Source: an uncultured delta proteobacterium
GTDB taxonomy: Bacteria; Desulfobacterota; RBG-13-43-22
Reading direction: 5' to 3'
NCBI GenBank assembly: GCA_963843145.1
Contig: CAWJJC010000010.1
Span: forward strand, 1 to 64,000
DNA: 64,000 nucleotides
Shown here: one piece after another, positions 11,159 to 21,883 of the stretch
How positions within the stretch are numbered: the first letter of the stretch is position 1
Layout of the letters: the number at the start of each line of letters is the position of its first letter
Made by a program: the position numbers and the translations under genes
The notes under the pieces: model-generated
What the model saw: only the letters and a program-made list of their open reading frames with translations
What the model was told of the DNA's origin: nothing
Databases searched by the model: none

Positions 11159-12523
11159 TTACTCCATTCCCCCCTCTTTCCTGGCCATGATCAGCCCGCT
11201 CTTGCCGTCCCAATCAGAGGGAGGTTTGCGCCCCCGGATATCAGCCCATTTGCCCACGGCGCCGCAATCGTACAACTGCTGGATCTCGTCTTCGGTTTTG
11301 CCGAGGTGCTGCATCAACACATATTCGTTATCGAAGCCCACGGGTCTTACTCCCCACTTGACCCTGGGAGGGGTTTTGGACATCATTACCGGAAAACCGC
11401 CGTCACGATATCGACCGAGAAGAGGATCATCGATCTCGGATATATACCCTCGCTCCTGGCTGTGCTTGTCCTCCATCACATCCCTGGCGGTCTTTACGCG
11501 AGCGGCGGCGAAGCCGTGCTTTTCGGCTAAGGCTTCGATCTCCCCGGCGGACTTGGTTCTCGCCCAATCGGCGATAATTTTAAGGATCGCGGTTGCGTTT
11601 TCTTCCTTCAACCGGGTCAGGTGATCCCTGAATCGGGGGTCTTCCGCCAGTTCCGTTTTCCCCATTGCCGCGCATAGCCCTTTGAACTCTTCGGGGGCCG
11701 GAGCGGCCAGCGCCAAAAAAGCGCCATCGCCGCAATAGAATGTATCAGCCGGACATATGGATACGTCCCTGTTTCCCGAAGGCCTGGCGGTCTTTCCCGT
11801 AATCTGCTGGTAGGGCCAGACCCAGGACATCAGTCTCATGATGTTCTCAGTTTGCGCCAGATCGATAAACTGACCCTCGCCTGTTCTGTCCCGACGATGC
11901 AGGGCGGCCAAAACCGCCACCTCACCCATCAATCCGCCATAATCATCACAGGGGTAGATGCCGCTCTTCAGGGGCGCTTGGCCTGGAAAACTCGACATCC
12001 AGGCATATCCGCATAGTCCCTGAGCCGCGCCGTCATTGGATGGCCTGTTTTCTTCGGCATAGGGACCCCACTGGCCAAAGCCGGTTTTCGAAAGATAAAT
12101 GATGCGAGGATTGATCTCCTTCACCTGGTGGTAACCGACATTCCATTTCTCCATCACACCCGGTCGGAGATTGGTCTGAATAACATCAGACCTGGCCGCA
12201 AGCTCAAGAAAAATCTTCTGCCCCTCAGGCTTATGCAAATCGAGGCCGATCCAGTATTTGTTGACATTGATATGCGAAAAAGTCGGGGGGAACGCCTCTT
12301 TAAAGAGATACCCGAAAGGGGTCATGTTGCGTGCGGTATCTCCAACGGGCGGGATTTCGCATTTTATTACCTCGGCGCCCATCATGGCGGCAAAACCCGG
12401 CCCGACCGGACCCAAGATGAGGGTACCCACCTCGAGCACCCTGATTCCCTTTAGTGGTAATGGCTTAAAGCGCCTCTTTTCCTTATAGCCCTTCCATGTT
12501 TTCTCCGCCATCGGCCCAGTCAC
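11159..12523 (-). CDS. CaiB/BaiF family (class III) CoA-transferase, subunit 1
   Basis: LKGIRVLEV, GAEVIKCE, NLRPG, TGFGQWGPY, RTGEGQFID motifs. Confidence 0.92.
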   Translation of the reverse strand: MTGPMAEKTWKGYKEKRRFKPLPLKGIRVLEVGTLILGPVGPGFAAMMGAEVIKCEIPPVGDTARNMTPFGYLFKEAFPPTFSHINVNKYWIGLDLHKPEGQKIFLELAARSDVIQTNLRPGVMEKWNVGYHQVKEINPRIIYLSKTGFGQWGPYAEENRPSNDGAAQGLCGYAWMSSFPGQAPLKSGIYPCDDYGGLMGEVAVLAALHRRDRTGEGQFIDLAQTENIMRLMSWVWPYQQITGKTARPSGNRDVSICPADTFYCGDGAFLALAAPAPEEFKGLCAAMGKTELAEDPRFRDHLTRLKEENATAILKIIADWARTKSAGEIEALAEKHGFAAARVKTARDVMEDKHSQERGYISEIDDPLLGRYRDGGFPVMMSKTPPRVKWGVRPVGFDNEYVLMQHLGKTEDEIQQLYDCGAVGKWADIRGRKPPSDWDGKSGLIMARKEGGME

Positions 12524-12997
12524 CCTTTCTTCGTTGAAGTTTCATGCTCAGGGGTAGAGGTTCTTAAAATTCTCATTAGCCGTTTCCATCGATAGGCCAT
12601 AGGTTGACCCCAGAATCAGTCCGCCTGTTTTAAATTCGATTTCCCTTAGGTCGAATTCCCTCTGCTTTTTAGTAAATTTTGGTATGCTTATTCATTGGTC
12701 TAATCATTAATTTGTTTTAAATATTATGTCAATAAAATATTTTACTTGTAAAGAGTTTCTTTTTTCTCTATTTCACAAGAGAAATATTGAGTTAACCTAC
12801 CGAATTTTAAACTGATTAAACAGATGCGGCTATCCGAGGTAGAAAAAAATGTATTGGTTTTATAAAAAACCCCTTAAAATAAATATTGGCGGCCATTTGG
12901 GGATGGGCCGAACATAGCAATTCCCGTAAAATTTGAAAAACGGACAGGGGCTTAGCTTATTGGCACCAATCACGGTTTCAGGCCTAAAGGGGAAACA

Positions 12998-14932
12998 ATG
13001 ACAATGACGACATCAAGTTATGGGTGGTGTGGTGAAATCCTGAAAATCGATTTATCGAATTCACGGATTACCGTTTTACGGACGATGGATTATGCCGGCC
13101 GTTTCCTCGGGGGTCGCGGGATTGCCACCCGACTGTACTGGGAGCTGGTCAAACCCGAAATAAAGGCCTTTGACCCGGAGAACCCTTTGATCTTCATGAC
13201 CGGTCCTTTAGGGGCCACCGGCGTTCAGGGTGCTTCCCGTTTTATCGTCGCCGGTAAATCACCGATGCTTTTACCGGAAGGATTTTGTTACGGAAATATG
13301 GGCGGATTTTTCGGCCCCTTTTTAAAAAAAGCCGGTTACGACGGGCTGATCATCTCCGGCCGAGCTCCAAAACCGGTCTATATCCGGATTCAGGACGACG
13401 ATGTTCAAATACTGGATGCCTCGGCGCTCTGGGGGCGGGGCGTTTATGCCGTCATGGACATCCTCAAAGAAACCCACGGGAAAAATGTGCGCTTTGTTAC
13501 CACGGGTGTTGCCGGGGAGAATAAATGCCGGAGCGCCAATCTGCTGACCGACAACGAAGGGAGCGCCACCGGCGGTTTCGGGGCGGTCTTTGGGGCCAAA
13601 AATCTTAAAGCCATTGCGGTATTGGGAACAGGAAATCCCCAGACCGCTCATCCCGACCATTTGAAAGAACTCAATAAACGTTCTCTTTTTTTGAATAAGA
13701 ACGAATTTCAGTTCAATCCGTTTCCGCCGGAACAGGTTCGCCGAACCGGGAAAGGATCCTGCTACCAATGCGGGCTGGACTGCATCATGCGCAACGCCTA
13801 CCAGACCGCTTCCGGCAAGAACGTCATCCGGAAATGTCAGGCCATGTTCGTGTACTTCCCCTGGGTTGCCCAGCGGCAGGGCGAGCCCATGGAAACGGCC
13901 CTTGATGCTACCGGAATATGCAATGATTTGTCCCTCTGCACCATGGAAATGTATAATATAGTCGATTGGCTGGCGCGCTGTCAGAAAGCCGGGGCCCTGA
14001 CCGATAAAGACACGGGCCTTGACCTGACCCAAATCGGGACCAGGGCGTTCTTTGAAAAGCTGGCCCACATGATCGCTTACCGGGAAGGGTTTGGCGATCT
14101 ATTGGCCGAGGGACTGATTCGAGCGGGGGAAACGCTGGGGCAGGAAGCCCGGGCCCTCTTCCCCGAGGGAGTGTCCGACGTTGGAGACGGGGCGAGCTAT
14201 TCCGCCCGGGAATATCTGATGAACGGGCTGCTGTACGCCTTTGAACCCCGGCAGCCGATTGCCATGCTCCATGAAATCAGCCGGCTCGTGGGCTATTGGG
14301 TCATCAATCAGAATGATCCCCAGGCGTCCCCGGTGACCCATGATGTTTTTCGCGCGGCGGCCGCCCGCTTCTGGGGGCATGAAAAAGCCTGGGACTTGTC
14401 CACCGCGGAAGGGAAAGCGCAGGCGGCCGTCAAAACCATGGATCGGACTTTGGTCAAAGACAGCCTGCTGCTCTGCGATTCCGGCTGGCCCATGATGGTT
14501 TCCTGGAATACGCCTGACCGGGTCGGAGACCCCTCACTGGAAAGCCGAATATTTACGGCGGTAACCGGAATTGACGCGGATGAAAAATCGCTTCATCAAT
14601 ACGGCGAACGCATATTCAACCTGCAGCGGGCGATCCTGTTGCGCGAAGGTCGGCGTCCGCTGACAGACGATGTCCCGGGGGAATTCAATTTTACTCATCC
14701 GGTGTATTACGTTTTCATGAATCCGGAAGTTATCGTCCCCGGTCAGGGGAAAGAAGTGATCAGCCGCAAAGGTCGGATTTTAGACCGGAAAGTCTTTGAA
14801 ACCATGCGGAAGGAGTTTTATGAACTTCGCGGCTGGGATCCGGAAACGGGCAGGCAAAAGGCAAAAACACTGGAACGGCTGGGGTTATCGGATGTGTTAC
14901 CGGAATTGAAACAGATGGAGGTGATATTCTGA
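12998..14932 (+). CDS. Aldehyde:ferredoxin oxidoreductase (AFOR/WOR family)
   Basis: FLGGRGIA, FDPENPLIFMTGP, LKKAGYDG, GAKNLKAIAV, FYELRGWD motifs. Confidence 0.92.
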   Translation: MTMTTSSYGWCGEILKIDLSNSRITVLRTMDYAGRFLGGRGIATRLYWELVKPEIKAFDPENPLIFMTGPLGATGVQGASRFIVAGKSPMLLPEGFCYGNMGGFFGPFLKKAGYDGLIISGRAPKPVYIRIQDDDVQILDASALWGRGVYAVMDILKETHGKNVRFVTTGVAGENKCRSANLLTDNEGSATGGFGAVFGAKNLKAIAVLGTGNPQTAHPDHLKELNKRSLFLNKNEFQFNPFPPEQVRRTGKGSCYQCGLDCIMRNAYQTASGKNVIRKCQAMFVYFPWVAQRQGEPMETALDATGICNDLSLCTMEMYNIVDWLARCQKAGALTDKDTGLDLTQIGTRAFFEKLAHMIAYREGFGDLLAEGLIRAGETLGQEARALFPEGVSDVGDGASYSAREYLMNGLLYAFEPRQPIAMLHEISRLVGYWVINQNDPQASPVTHDVFRAAAARFWGHEKAWDLSTAEGKAQAAVKTMDRTLVKDSLLLCDSGWPMMVSWNTPDRVGDPSLESRIFTAVTGIDADEKSLHQYGERIFNLQRAILLREGRRPLTDDVPGEFNFTHPVYYVFMNPEVIVPGQGKEVISRKGRILDRKVFETMRKEFYELRGWDPETGRQKAKTLERLGLSDVLPELKQMEVIF

Positions 14933-14993
14933 GGGAGTAAGCCAGGTATCAACCTTTGAATTGGACTGCCATGGAATGGGGCCATACGTTCGT

Positions 14994-15648
14994 TCAGGTC
15001 AGAGGACTTCGGTTAGCCTCCGCCATCCTTTTGCGCTCCAGCAGTTTTCGATACACGAAGGAATAGGCGATCATGGTAGCCGGCAGGGTGGTAAACAGGC
15101 CGATGGCAAAGGCCATCATCCCCAGCAGGTTGATTCCCAAAACCAATAAGAAGAACAGAAACATCTCCCTTTTGACGCCCTCCGTCATTTGCGCACTCTC
15201 CTTGAAGGCCTCTTTCAGGCCCGAGGTTCCGGTCTACGATCAGGAAGGGGGCGAACTGGTATTTGATGCTCCAAATGATCCCGGGGATCACCAACAGCAG
15301 CAGGCCGCCCAGGATGATCAGCAGGAAGAGGATATTCGCCCCCACATAACGCCAAAAGGTCGGCAGGTCCCCGAACAGTTCTCCATACCGAGGCTGTTGA
15401 CCGTCCACCAGCCGGAGGCTGATCCGGACCAACCCCATCTGCGTGGCCATTTGAACCAGATAACCGCAGAGGGTCCAAACCAGGGCCAATAGCGGCGCGG
15501 TCTCCAGGGTCTGCCACCTCCCTATCTCCGGCAGGGCGTTCAGCGCCACAATCAGCAGCATCACCCCCAATATAAAAACCAGGTGGGCCTTCAGGGTCTC
15601 CCATCCGAAGCGCAGGGCCTCGGCCTTGGAAAATGCTTCTGTCACCAT
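14994..15648 (-). CDS. Uncharacterised integral membrane protein (frameshift near 15215)
   Basis: LLLLVIPGIIWSIKYQFAPFLIVD then ..KESAQMTEG..GLFTTLP in the next frame; typical DUF975-like membrane family. Confidence 0.7.
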
Positions 15649-15778
15649 ATATCCTCATAGTATAGCAATATTTTCTTGCGAGCTAGACGTTTTTGTTTAT
15701 GGTCATTTGAATTTTGCGACCTTCGTGCTTGTTTCGTCGATTTCGTGCTTCGCAATATGGTCTAGGACTTTCTAAACA

Positions 15779-16400
15779 TCACCTAGGTTTCATTGATTCC
15801 AGCGCCTGCACCAGGGCGGCCGTCGACCCGCTGAAAAAATGATCGCCCTCCGGGATAATTATTACCGGCGGAGAGGGGTTCATCTTTTCGACGATCTTCA
15901 TAATCTCCTCGACCGGCCCGTAGGCATCTCTTTCCCCGGCAATGACCAGCCGGGTCTTGTTATCGTCCTTCAGGAAAGAAAAATCCATCATCTCCTGGGG
16001 CGGGGCAACCAGAATCGATCCGGCGACTTCCGGAAGTTCCAGGGCCGCCTGGGCGTTGACCCAGGCCCCGAAAGAATAGCCGGCCAGGAAAATTTCTCTG
16101 ATCCCCAGCTCTTTCAGGTACCGGACCGCCGCTACGGACGTCCTCCTGCTCCCCTGTCCCTTCATCGTATTCCCCTTGGCTCCGCCCCACCCCCCGGAAA
16201 TTAAACCGCAGCGTCGTCCAGCCTTTCCCGGCAAAGACCTCTTGAATGATCCCCACCACCTGATTCCGCATCCCCCCGCCGTACAGGGGATGAGGATGGG
16301 AAATGACCATCCCCCGGTCGCCCTCCCCGCGGCTCAACAAACCTTCCAGGGACATATCCCCCGACAAAAATGTGATCCGCTCCTCTTTACCCGATATCAT
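15779..16400 (-). CDS. Alpha/beta hydrolase (frameshift near 16140)
   Basis: HPHPLYGG, RFNFRGVGRSQG, then GYSFG nucleophile elbow and DHFF in the next frame. Confidence 0.85.
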
Positions 16401-16493
16401 CCTATGTTTTCCCTCCGATTTATCCCTGTTAATCCCGGTTTGACTTGCCATCCGCAAAAAAATATCTGCGGCTTCTATTATTTGTTTTTGTAG

Positions 16494-16520
16494 TCATCCC
16501 GGACTCGATCCGGGATCCAG
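16494..16520. repeat. REP-like palindrome (GTCATCCCGG...CCGGGATCCAG family)
   Basis: Related copies at ~18219-18246, ~50259-50285 and 57997-58080. Confidence 0.55.
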
Positions 16521-16770
16521 GACAGGAAAGCCAAGGGGAGGTGGTGGGAAGGTCCTTTTCCTCCTATTGCCCAGTCCCCCAATGCGCCATAATACCTTAG
16601 TCAAAAACAATTTTTTACCAGACATACAGGAAATAACGCAATGGAAATCCACAAGATATTTTTTGGATTCTTTCCAATGGGTCACTAGCACGATCTCCTG
16701 CTATCAAAAAGCAATCTTTAATTGCTTAATGCTTACAAAAGATATATTTATTGTTTCATGGTGCAATAGA

Positions 16771-16911
16771 ATGTCTGGAGGACAGAAACTGGCCACCGCC
16801 GTAAGAATATCTGATAAACTTGTAGATGAGGCCAAGAGATACGGACGGATCGACCACAGATCCTTGGCCGGCCAAATTGAGCATTGGGCGCGCATGGGCA
16901 AATTTTCCTAG
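16771..16911 (+). pseudogene. Truncated ParD-like antitoxin
   Basis: TAVRISDKLVDEAKRYGRIDHRSLAGQIEHWARMGK is the conserved N-terminal half; ends abruptly and no toxin follows. Confidence 0.75.
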
Positions 16912-16926
16912 AGGAGTTACGCTCCC

Positions 16927-17421
16927 ATGAGCCGTTTCACTTCGATTCTGCTCGTGTCCCCGCTGGCTGACGGCCAGACATGGGTCTTGATGCGCGAATT
17001 CGGATACGGCGTCGGGGCCGAGGACAGCCAGGATCAGATCACGGTGCCCGTGGGGTTCGAGACGGACTTCGCCTCGGTTCCCCGCCCTTTTTGGGCCATC
17101 CTGCCCAAGTGGGGCAAGTACGGCAACGCCGCGGTCATCCACGATTGGCTTTACTGGGAGCAGGGGCGCCCTCGCCCGGAGGCCGATGCGATCCTCCTGG
17201 ATGGCATGGTGGTGCTCGGGGTGAGTGCCGTCGTGCGTCAGACGATCTATAGGGCGGTGCGCCTTTTCGGGTGGCTGGCCTGGTATCGAAACCAGGCGGA
17301 TCGAACGGACGGGTATGAACGGGTGCTCACCACCCTCCCGACCAAAGCCGCTGCGACCACCCAACGGCGCGGCCAGTACGTTCAGCTTATCCGCCATCTT
17401 CTTGGGCGAACAAGACGGTGA
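16927..17421 (+). CDS. DUF1353 domain protein, cassette-like
   Basis: VPVGFETDFASVPR, AAVIHDWLY, ADAILL, AVRLFG motifs. Confidence 0.88.
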   Translation: MSRFTSILLVSPLADGQTWVLMREFGYGVGAEDSQDQITVPVGFETDFASVPRPFWAILPKWGKYGNAAVIHDWLYWEQGRPRPEADAILLDGMVVLGVSAVVRQTIYRAVRLFGWLAWYRNQADRTDGYERVLTTLPTKAAATTQRRGQYVQLIRHLLGRTRR

Positions 17422-17620
17422 TCTTTGAGAAGGCCTAACGGGATGTCGCCAACAAACGAGGTGCCCTCCGCGAAGCGGCTGGACGCCCACACATCATACC
17501 TACGAGGCAGATAACCCGGAGGACGGAATGGCCCTCCTTCAGATCATGAATGTCAAAGCCACTAAGATCTATTACCGCTACACCCGGCACGCCAATTGGT
17601 GGCTGATCAGTCGCCTTCGG

Positions 17621-18025
17621 CTACTTCCATTGTCTGAGTTCAATAATCAGCCCGTCAGGATCTCTTATTTCTCCACGGAAGGAATCGCCCAAATCGACCG
17701 GTTCCCGGGCCATGTCGATCCCTTGGCTCTTCAGATATCCCACGGCCTTAGCCATATCCTCGACCTCTAGCGCGATACCCCGATAGCCGACCTCCCAGGA
17801 CGCTTCCGATTTTCCCTGCGGATTATCCGCGGAAATGATCTCTAAAACCGTATCGCCCAATTCCAGGTAAATGACCTCCCGCATGGGCGGCACCTTCACC
17901 TCATTCCGGCTCTTCAGGCGGAAACCAAGAATGTTGACATAGAAGGCAATGGTCTCCTCCGGATGGCTGGGAACGATTTCCACATGATCGAATCTCTTGA
18001 ACATTTTTCCCAATTCTTTAGCCAT
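17621..18025 (-). CDS. VOC/glyoxalase family protein
   Basis: FDHVEI, FYVNILGF, IALEVED, RDPDGLIIEL. Confidence 0.9.
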   Translation of the reverse strand: MAKELGKMFKRFDHVEIVPSHPEETIAFYVNILGFRLKSRNEVKVPPMREVIYLELGDTVLEIISADNPQGKSEASWEVGYRGIALEVEDMAKAVGYLKSQGIDMAREPVDLGDSFRGEIRDPDGLIIELRQWK

Positions 18026-18909
18026 GGCACCCTCGAAAAAATAATTAAAGGAATAGTTTCACGATCCTTCGCCAAAACATTCGGCCGGGTAGAGTTTCCT
18101 ACTTTTTAAGATTAAAGTGATGGAAAAAATTGTCAACAGCAATAATAACATTGGTGGGCGGTGCTTGGACCCAATGCCGATAGCTCAAGCCCCTCAGCCT
18201 TGATGGAGAGACTCCCGGTGTCATTCCGGCGAACGCCGGAATCCAGCCTTTTAAGGCTTTTCTGTCTCTCTGCTGGGGTTTATCTCGCGAAGGGAGGGAC
18301 CGGGGTGGCGACGTAGGCTACAGGGTTCTCCTTATTATAACGGCATTGGGTCCGACCTTAAAAAGAAGAATCAAAACCCCCACCATAAAATCCAATGAAA
18401 CCCTTTTCTTAAAGGTTAGATCGCGGAAATTTCCCAACTTTTCCCTATTCTCTTCCCCCAATCTACCATTATACCCTATTACATTGGATTTACAGCAAAT
18501 ATCCTTGACAACCCTATTTTTCCGAATTAAAGCCAAACGAAATTTTATTTCTTAATTTTTAGCTCAACCCCTCTTGCCGCTTTGCCGGCCCATACGGGAG
18601 TTACGAATGCCAGCGTTCGTTCCCTACCTGCCTTCTAAAGTGCCGCACCAATTCGCCGATCACTCATACTGCGGGGGCCCCGGCTACGCCTCGTGGCCTT
18701 CATATCTGCCACCCCCACAAGACAAACAGAAAAATGAAACCGAACAGCTAATAGCCCGAATGGGCAGAAAACCAGGGGTGGGTCCAATGCGCTGCCCCCG
18801 CTGGAACAAGGGGCTGGCAATGTCACTTGCTGGTATGCTCCTTCGGCGATACAAGTTTCGTTCCACGGATCGGCGCCGCGATTAGGACACTCAATATCAG
18901 AGGTAGTCA

Positions 18910-19848
18910 ATGCAAGAACAAAACATTTTGACCACAACCAGGGTTTTAAAGACTTTCGATATCGAAGGTTACGTAATTGACAGCGAGGCATTGAAACGGG
19001 TTGATGAGATTTCGAGAGAAGCTGTCACTAGCATGGGAGAGTTGAAGCTTGAGCATCTCAAACTCGCCTACTGGATAACAACCCCCGACGAGAACACAGT
19101 TAAGTTCACAAGAATTGATACCCTTGTCACTCATTTAGAGTCAAAGCCCATCGAAGTCAAATCACTTTCTCTTCAGTACATTGTCGATGATCGAGCTGGC
19201 ATCAGTCTAGTTTTCCAGCCAGAAGGCGAAATCGAACTGTCCGCATATAGTAACGCCCTTGATTTCCAATTCAATATTGATCGGTTGACGCGAGAGATCC
19301 AGAAGTGTGACCGGAAATATGGTTGGTTCGTACGAACCTTCATCTTCCATCCGAGGGCTAGAAGAATACTGGGCAGCATAGTTCTATTGGTGTCATGGTT
19401 TCTACTCTTGAATATAGGCTACTATCTATACGCACTTGCCGTTGGAGTGAACATAGATACTGCGTTAGTCACCAGCAAAAATTCATATTATCAAAAAGTC
19501 GAAGCTGCAATAAAGTCCGATGATATTTCGAGGAAGCTAAATGTGCTTTTACTTGCTCAATTTAGAAGTTTTGTCAACGTGCGCGACATACTCCGCAGAC
19601 AAGAACAATATGTTATTTTCTCATTAATTGCGCTGGTAATCACTCTTGCCTTGTTGTGGGCACTTAGGTCTGTAGCTCGCCTCTATCCCCTGTCCATTTT
19701 TGCATTTGGCGGTCAAAAGGAGATTTTGGCGGAACTCCTCCGGAAACGAGAAATATGGACTGTTGCTGTTGTCATTGGTCTTATTGTGAATGTGCTCGCT
19801 GGAATCATAATAGCATTCTTTGCAAGAGCAACTGGATTTGGTCTCTAA
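18910..19848 (+). CDS. Hypothetical membrane protein (3 TM), low GC
   Basis: 312-aa ORF with RBS GAGGT, hydrophobic segments in the C-half, composition distinct from flanks. Confidence 0.7.
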   Translation: MQEQNILTTTRVLKTFDIEGYVIDSEALKRVDEISREAVTSMGELKLEHLKLAYWITTPDENTVKFTRIDTLVTHLESKPIEVKSLSLQYIVDDRAGISLVFQPEGEIELSAYSNALDFQFNIDRLTREIQKCDRKYGWFVRTFIFHPRARRILGSIVLLVSWFLLLNIGYYLYALAVGVNIDTALVTSKNSYYQKVEAAIKSDDISRKLNVLLLAQFRSFVNVRDILRRQEQYVIFSLIALVITLALLWALRSVARLYPLSIFAFGGQKEILAELLRKREIWTVAVVIGLIVNVLAGIIIAFFARATGFGL

Positions 19849-19981
19849 AAAGCATGCTGCTTAGCCGATTAGAATTGAGACGATCCTGAAGGGATTTTTT
19901 CCCGTCTCGGCGAAACTCAATGAGCTCCAAAAACTTTAAAAAACAGTTTATCCCCCTATCTCATCCGGAGACCATTTGACC

Positions 19982-20400
19982 TTAGCTTGAAATGTTATAC
20001 AGGGCCGCCTGAGTCTGAGCCGTATCCGTGGTGAGGGGCGTCTGCAGAAATTCCCTGGGAAGGACTCCCGGTCTTCTGGCGGTTTGCACCAGACTGGGGG
20101 GAATGCTGTGGGTTTTCAGACCGTTTTCCGATCGGGTTCCGAAACATATTTTGCGGAAGATCACCAGATGCCGAAGAAACTGTTCCGCTTGATTATTGGT
20201 GGGCGGCACTCCGGGTCGCCGGATGAAGGTAATAGAAAATTCTCTTGGGGTCCTGCGAGATAGGCCCGGAGGATTCCGGTGAGTTTGAAGCGCAGTGGCT
20301 GTTTACAGAGGAGGCGGAGTTCCCTGACGAACAGTTTTTCAATCCTGGCTCCCGCATTCCAGTGAATATCGCTGGATTTCAACCTTTGCCGCACCAGGCG
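19982..20400 (-). mobile_element. IS66-family transposase C-terminal remnant
   Basis: PPTNNQAEQFLRHLVIFRKICFGTRSENG motif; frameshifted and 5'-truncated. Confidence 0.85.
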
Positions 20401-20420
20401 GAGTCGTGAGGCGCGAACGC

Positions 20421-21062
20421 CTATTCAGCCCCCGGAGCACCTCGGGCAGGCTTCGCCAGTTCCTCGATCATCATTTGCCCCCACTCGTGAAGCTTCAGAT
20501 CGGCGTAGGTCTTGAATACCCGTCCGTCTTTGGTACGGAAGAGCTTCTTCGGGTCCCGGTCGTCAACCGAATTGTCGTAGCCGTAGGCCCTGTCCACCAT
20601 AGCCATCGCTATGGCGCCGTTGGCTATAGAGCGATTGTAGCGCGAAATGATCTTGGTAATGGGGACATCGTGCCCGCCGTCCATGACCCGCCTGACGACG
20701 CGGGCGGCATTGATGTGCGGGCCGTCGGTGCCGATAAAAAAGAAGCGGATAAAAAAATCCGCTTCTTTTACCCTTCTGAGGAAATCGAGTTTGTCGGGAG
20801 CCGAAAAGACCGACTCCAGCAACATGCTCCTTCTTGCCCTCAAGCACTCCTCACGCAATTCCTGGGCACGCACCACCGCCTTCATGACGGCCTCGGGGGA
20901 ATTCCAATCCCCAAAGTCGTGCTTGGCGATCTCGTCAGGATTGATGAAGAGGCATCCTGCGGACCAGTCATGCCGCAGCACCTGGTTCGTGAAAGTTGTC
21001 TTGCCGGCGCCGTTCGGCCCGGCGATTACGATGAGCTTGGGTCTAAGTGCTTTCTTTGGCAT
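20421..21062 (-). CDS. Zeta-toxin-like P-loop ATPase/kinase
   Basis: IAGPNGAGKTT, INPDEIA, ESVFS, RVVRRVMDGGHDVP, YDNS. Confidence 0.88.
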   Translation of the reverse strand: MPKKALRPKLIVIAGPNGAGKTTFTNQVLRHDWSAGCLFINPDEIAKHDFGDWNSPEAVMKAVVRAQELREECLRARRSMLLESVFSAPDKLDFLRRVKEADFFIRFFFIGTDGPHINAARVVRRVMDGGHDVPITKIISRYNRSIANGAIAMAMVDRAYGYDNSVDDRDPKKLFRTKDGRVFKTYADLKLHEWGQMMIEELAKPARGAPGAE

Positions 21063-21246
21063 GATCAATGAACGCAGCGCGAGCCGAGTCAATCTCCCGG
21101 CGCAAGCTGGTTTTCATTCTTTCCTTCTGTTCAACAGTCTGCGCCCTTACCCGGTCGCCAACGGCGTTCATGATTTCGTTCAATTCCTTGTCGGACAGCT
21201 CGCGGAGTCCCTGGGAATCCGTACCAGGTTTTCGTTTGGTTACCAT
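21043..21246 (-). CDS. Small helical protein, putative antitoxin partner of the zeta-like gene
   Basis: 67 aa, overlaps the start of the zeta-like gene. Confidence 0.55.
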   Translation of the reverse strand: MVTKRKPGTDSQGLRELSDKELNEIMNAVGDRVRAQTVEQKERMKTSLRREIDSARAAFIDHAKEST

Positions 21247-21673
21247 GGTTATCTGCCTACCTCTCTGCACGCCGGAAATTCTCATTGATAGTAATCAGAA
21301 CTTCCTTATTCACGATAAGAGTATATGAAGAAGGATTTTGGGCGTCAAGAGGATTTTGACCACAAGGAAAAGGGGTCACCCATTATGAGGCCTCTGGGTA
21401 ACAGTTTAGCCCTTCTCTCCCCGGCGACCATTGAGACGTCAACTTACATTGCCATACAACGCGGAATGAACCGCCGCCGTGCCCCGGTAAAAAGCGTTTG
21501 TAGGAATTATCTGGGAAGGACGCCCTGTCTTCCGGCGGTTTGTACCATAGTGGGAAGAAGGCGGTGGGTTGATCCGGAAAGATGGACAGATAAAAGGGCT
21601 TGTAAAATGTCAAATTCCGGTTGAATATGCTTATAAAGGCAGGTAATCGGAATAAGCTAAGGCAAAAAACACA

Positions 21674-21877
21674 ATGAATACTTCGACTTTAATCTGGGGA
21701 GTGCTATTTGGTTCAATAGGGTTAGGATTCTTTGTTTACGGCAAAAGGCAAAAAGCGGTTATTCCGCTGTTGTGCGGCCTGGGGCTGATGGTCTTTCCCT
21801 ATTTTATTTCGAATAGTATTATTCTTGTCCTGGTGGGTACTGTTTTGATAGCCCTGCCTTATTTTATTAGAATATAG
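21674..21877 (+). CDS. Small conserved membrane protein
   Basis: LFGSIGLGFFVYGKRQ...LMVFPYFI pattern. Confidence 0.8.
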   Translation: MNTSTLIWGVLFGSIGLGFFVYGKRQKAVIPLLCGLGLMVFPYFISNSIILVLVGTVLIALPYFIRI

Positions 21878-21883
21878 GAAAGC

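Noticed and set aside
15690-15755. Short TTTCGTGCTT-type repeats
   Set aside because: Only two or three degenerate units of a common intergenic low-complexity element; not an array
18150-18320. Possible tRNA or IS200/IS605 end
   Set aside because: No cloverleaf or T-loop; only a weak IS-end-like hairpin and a REP with no transposase
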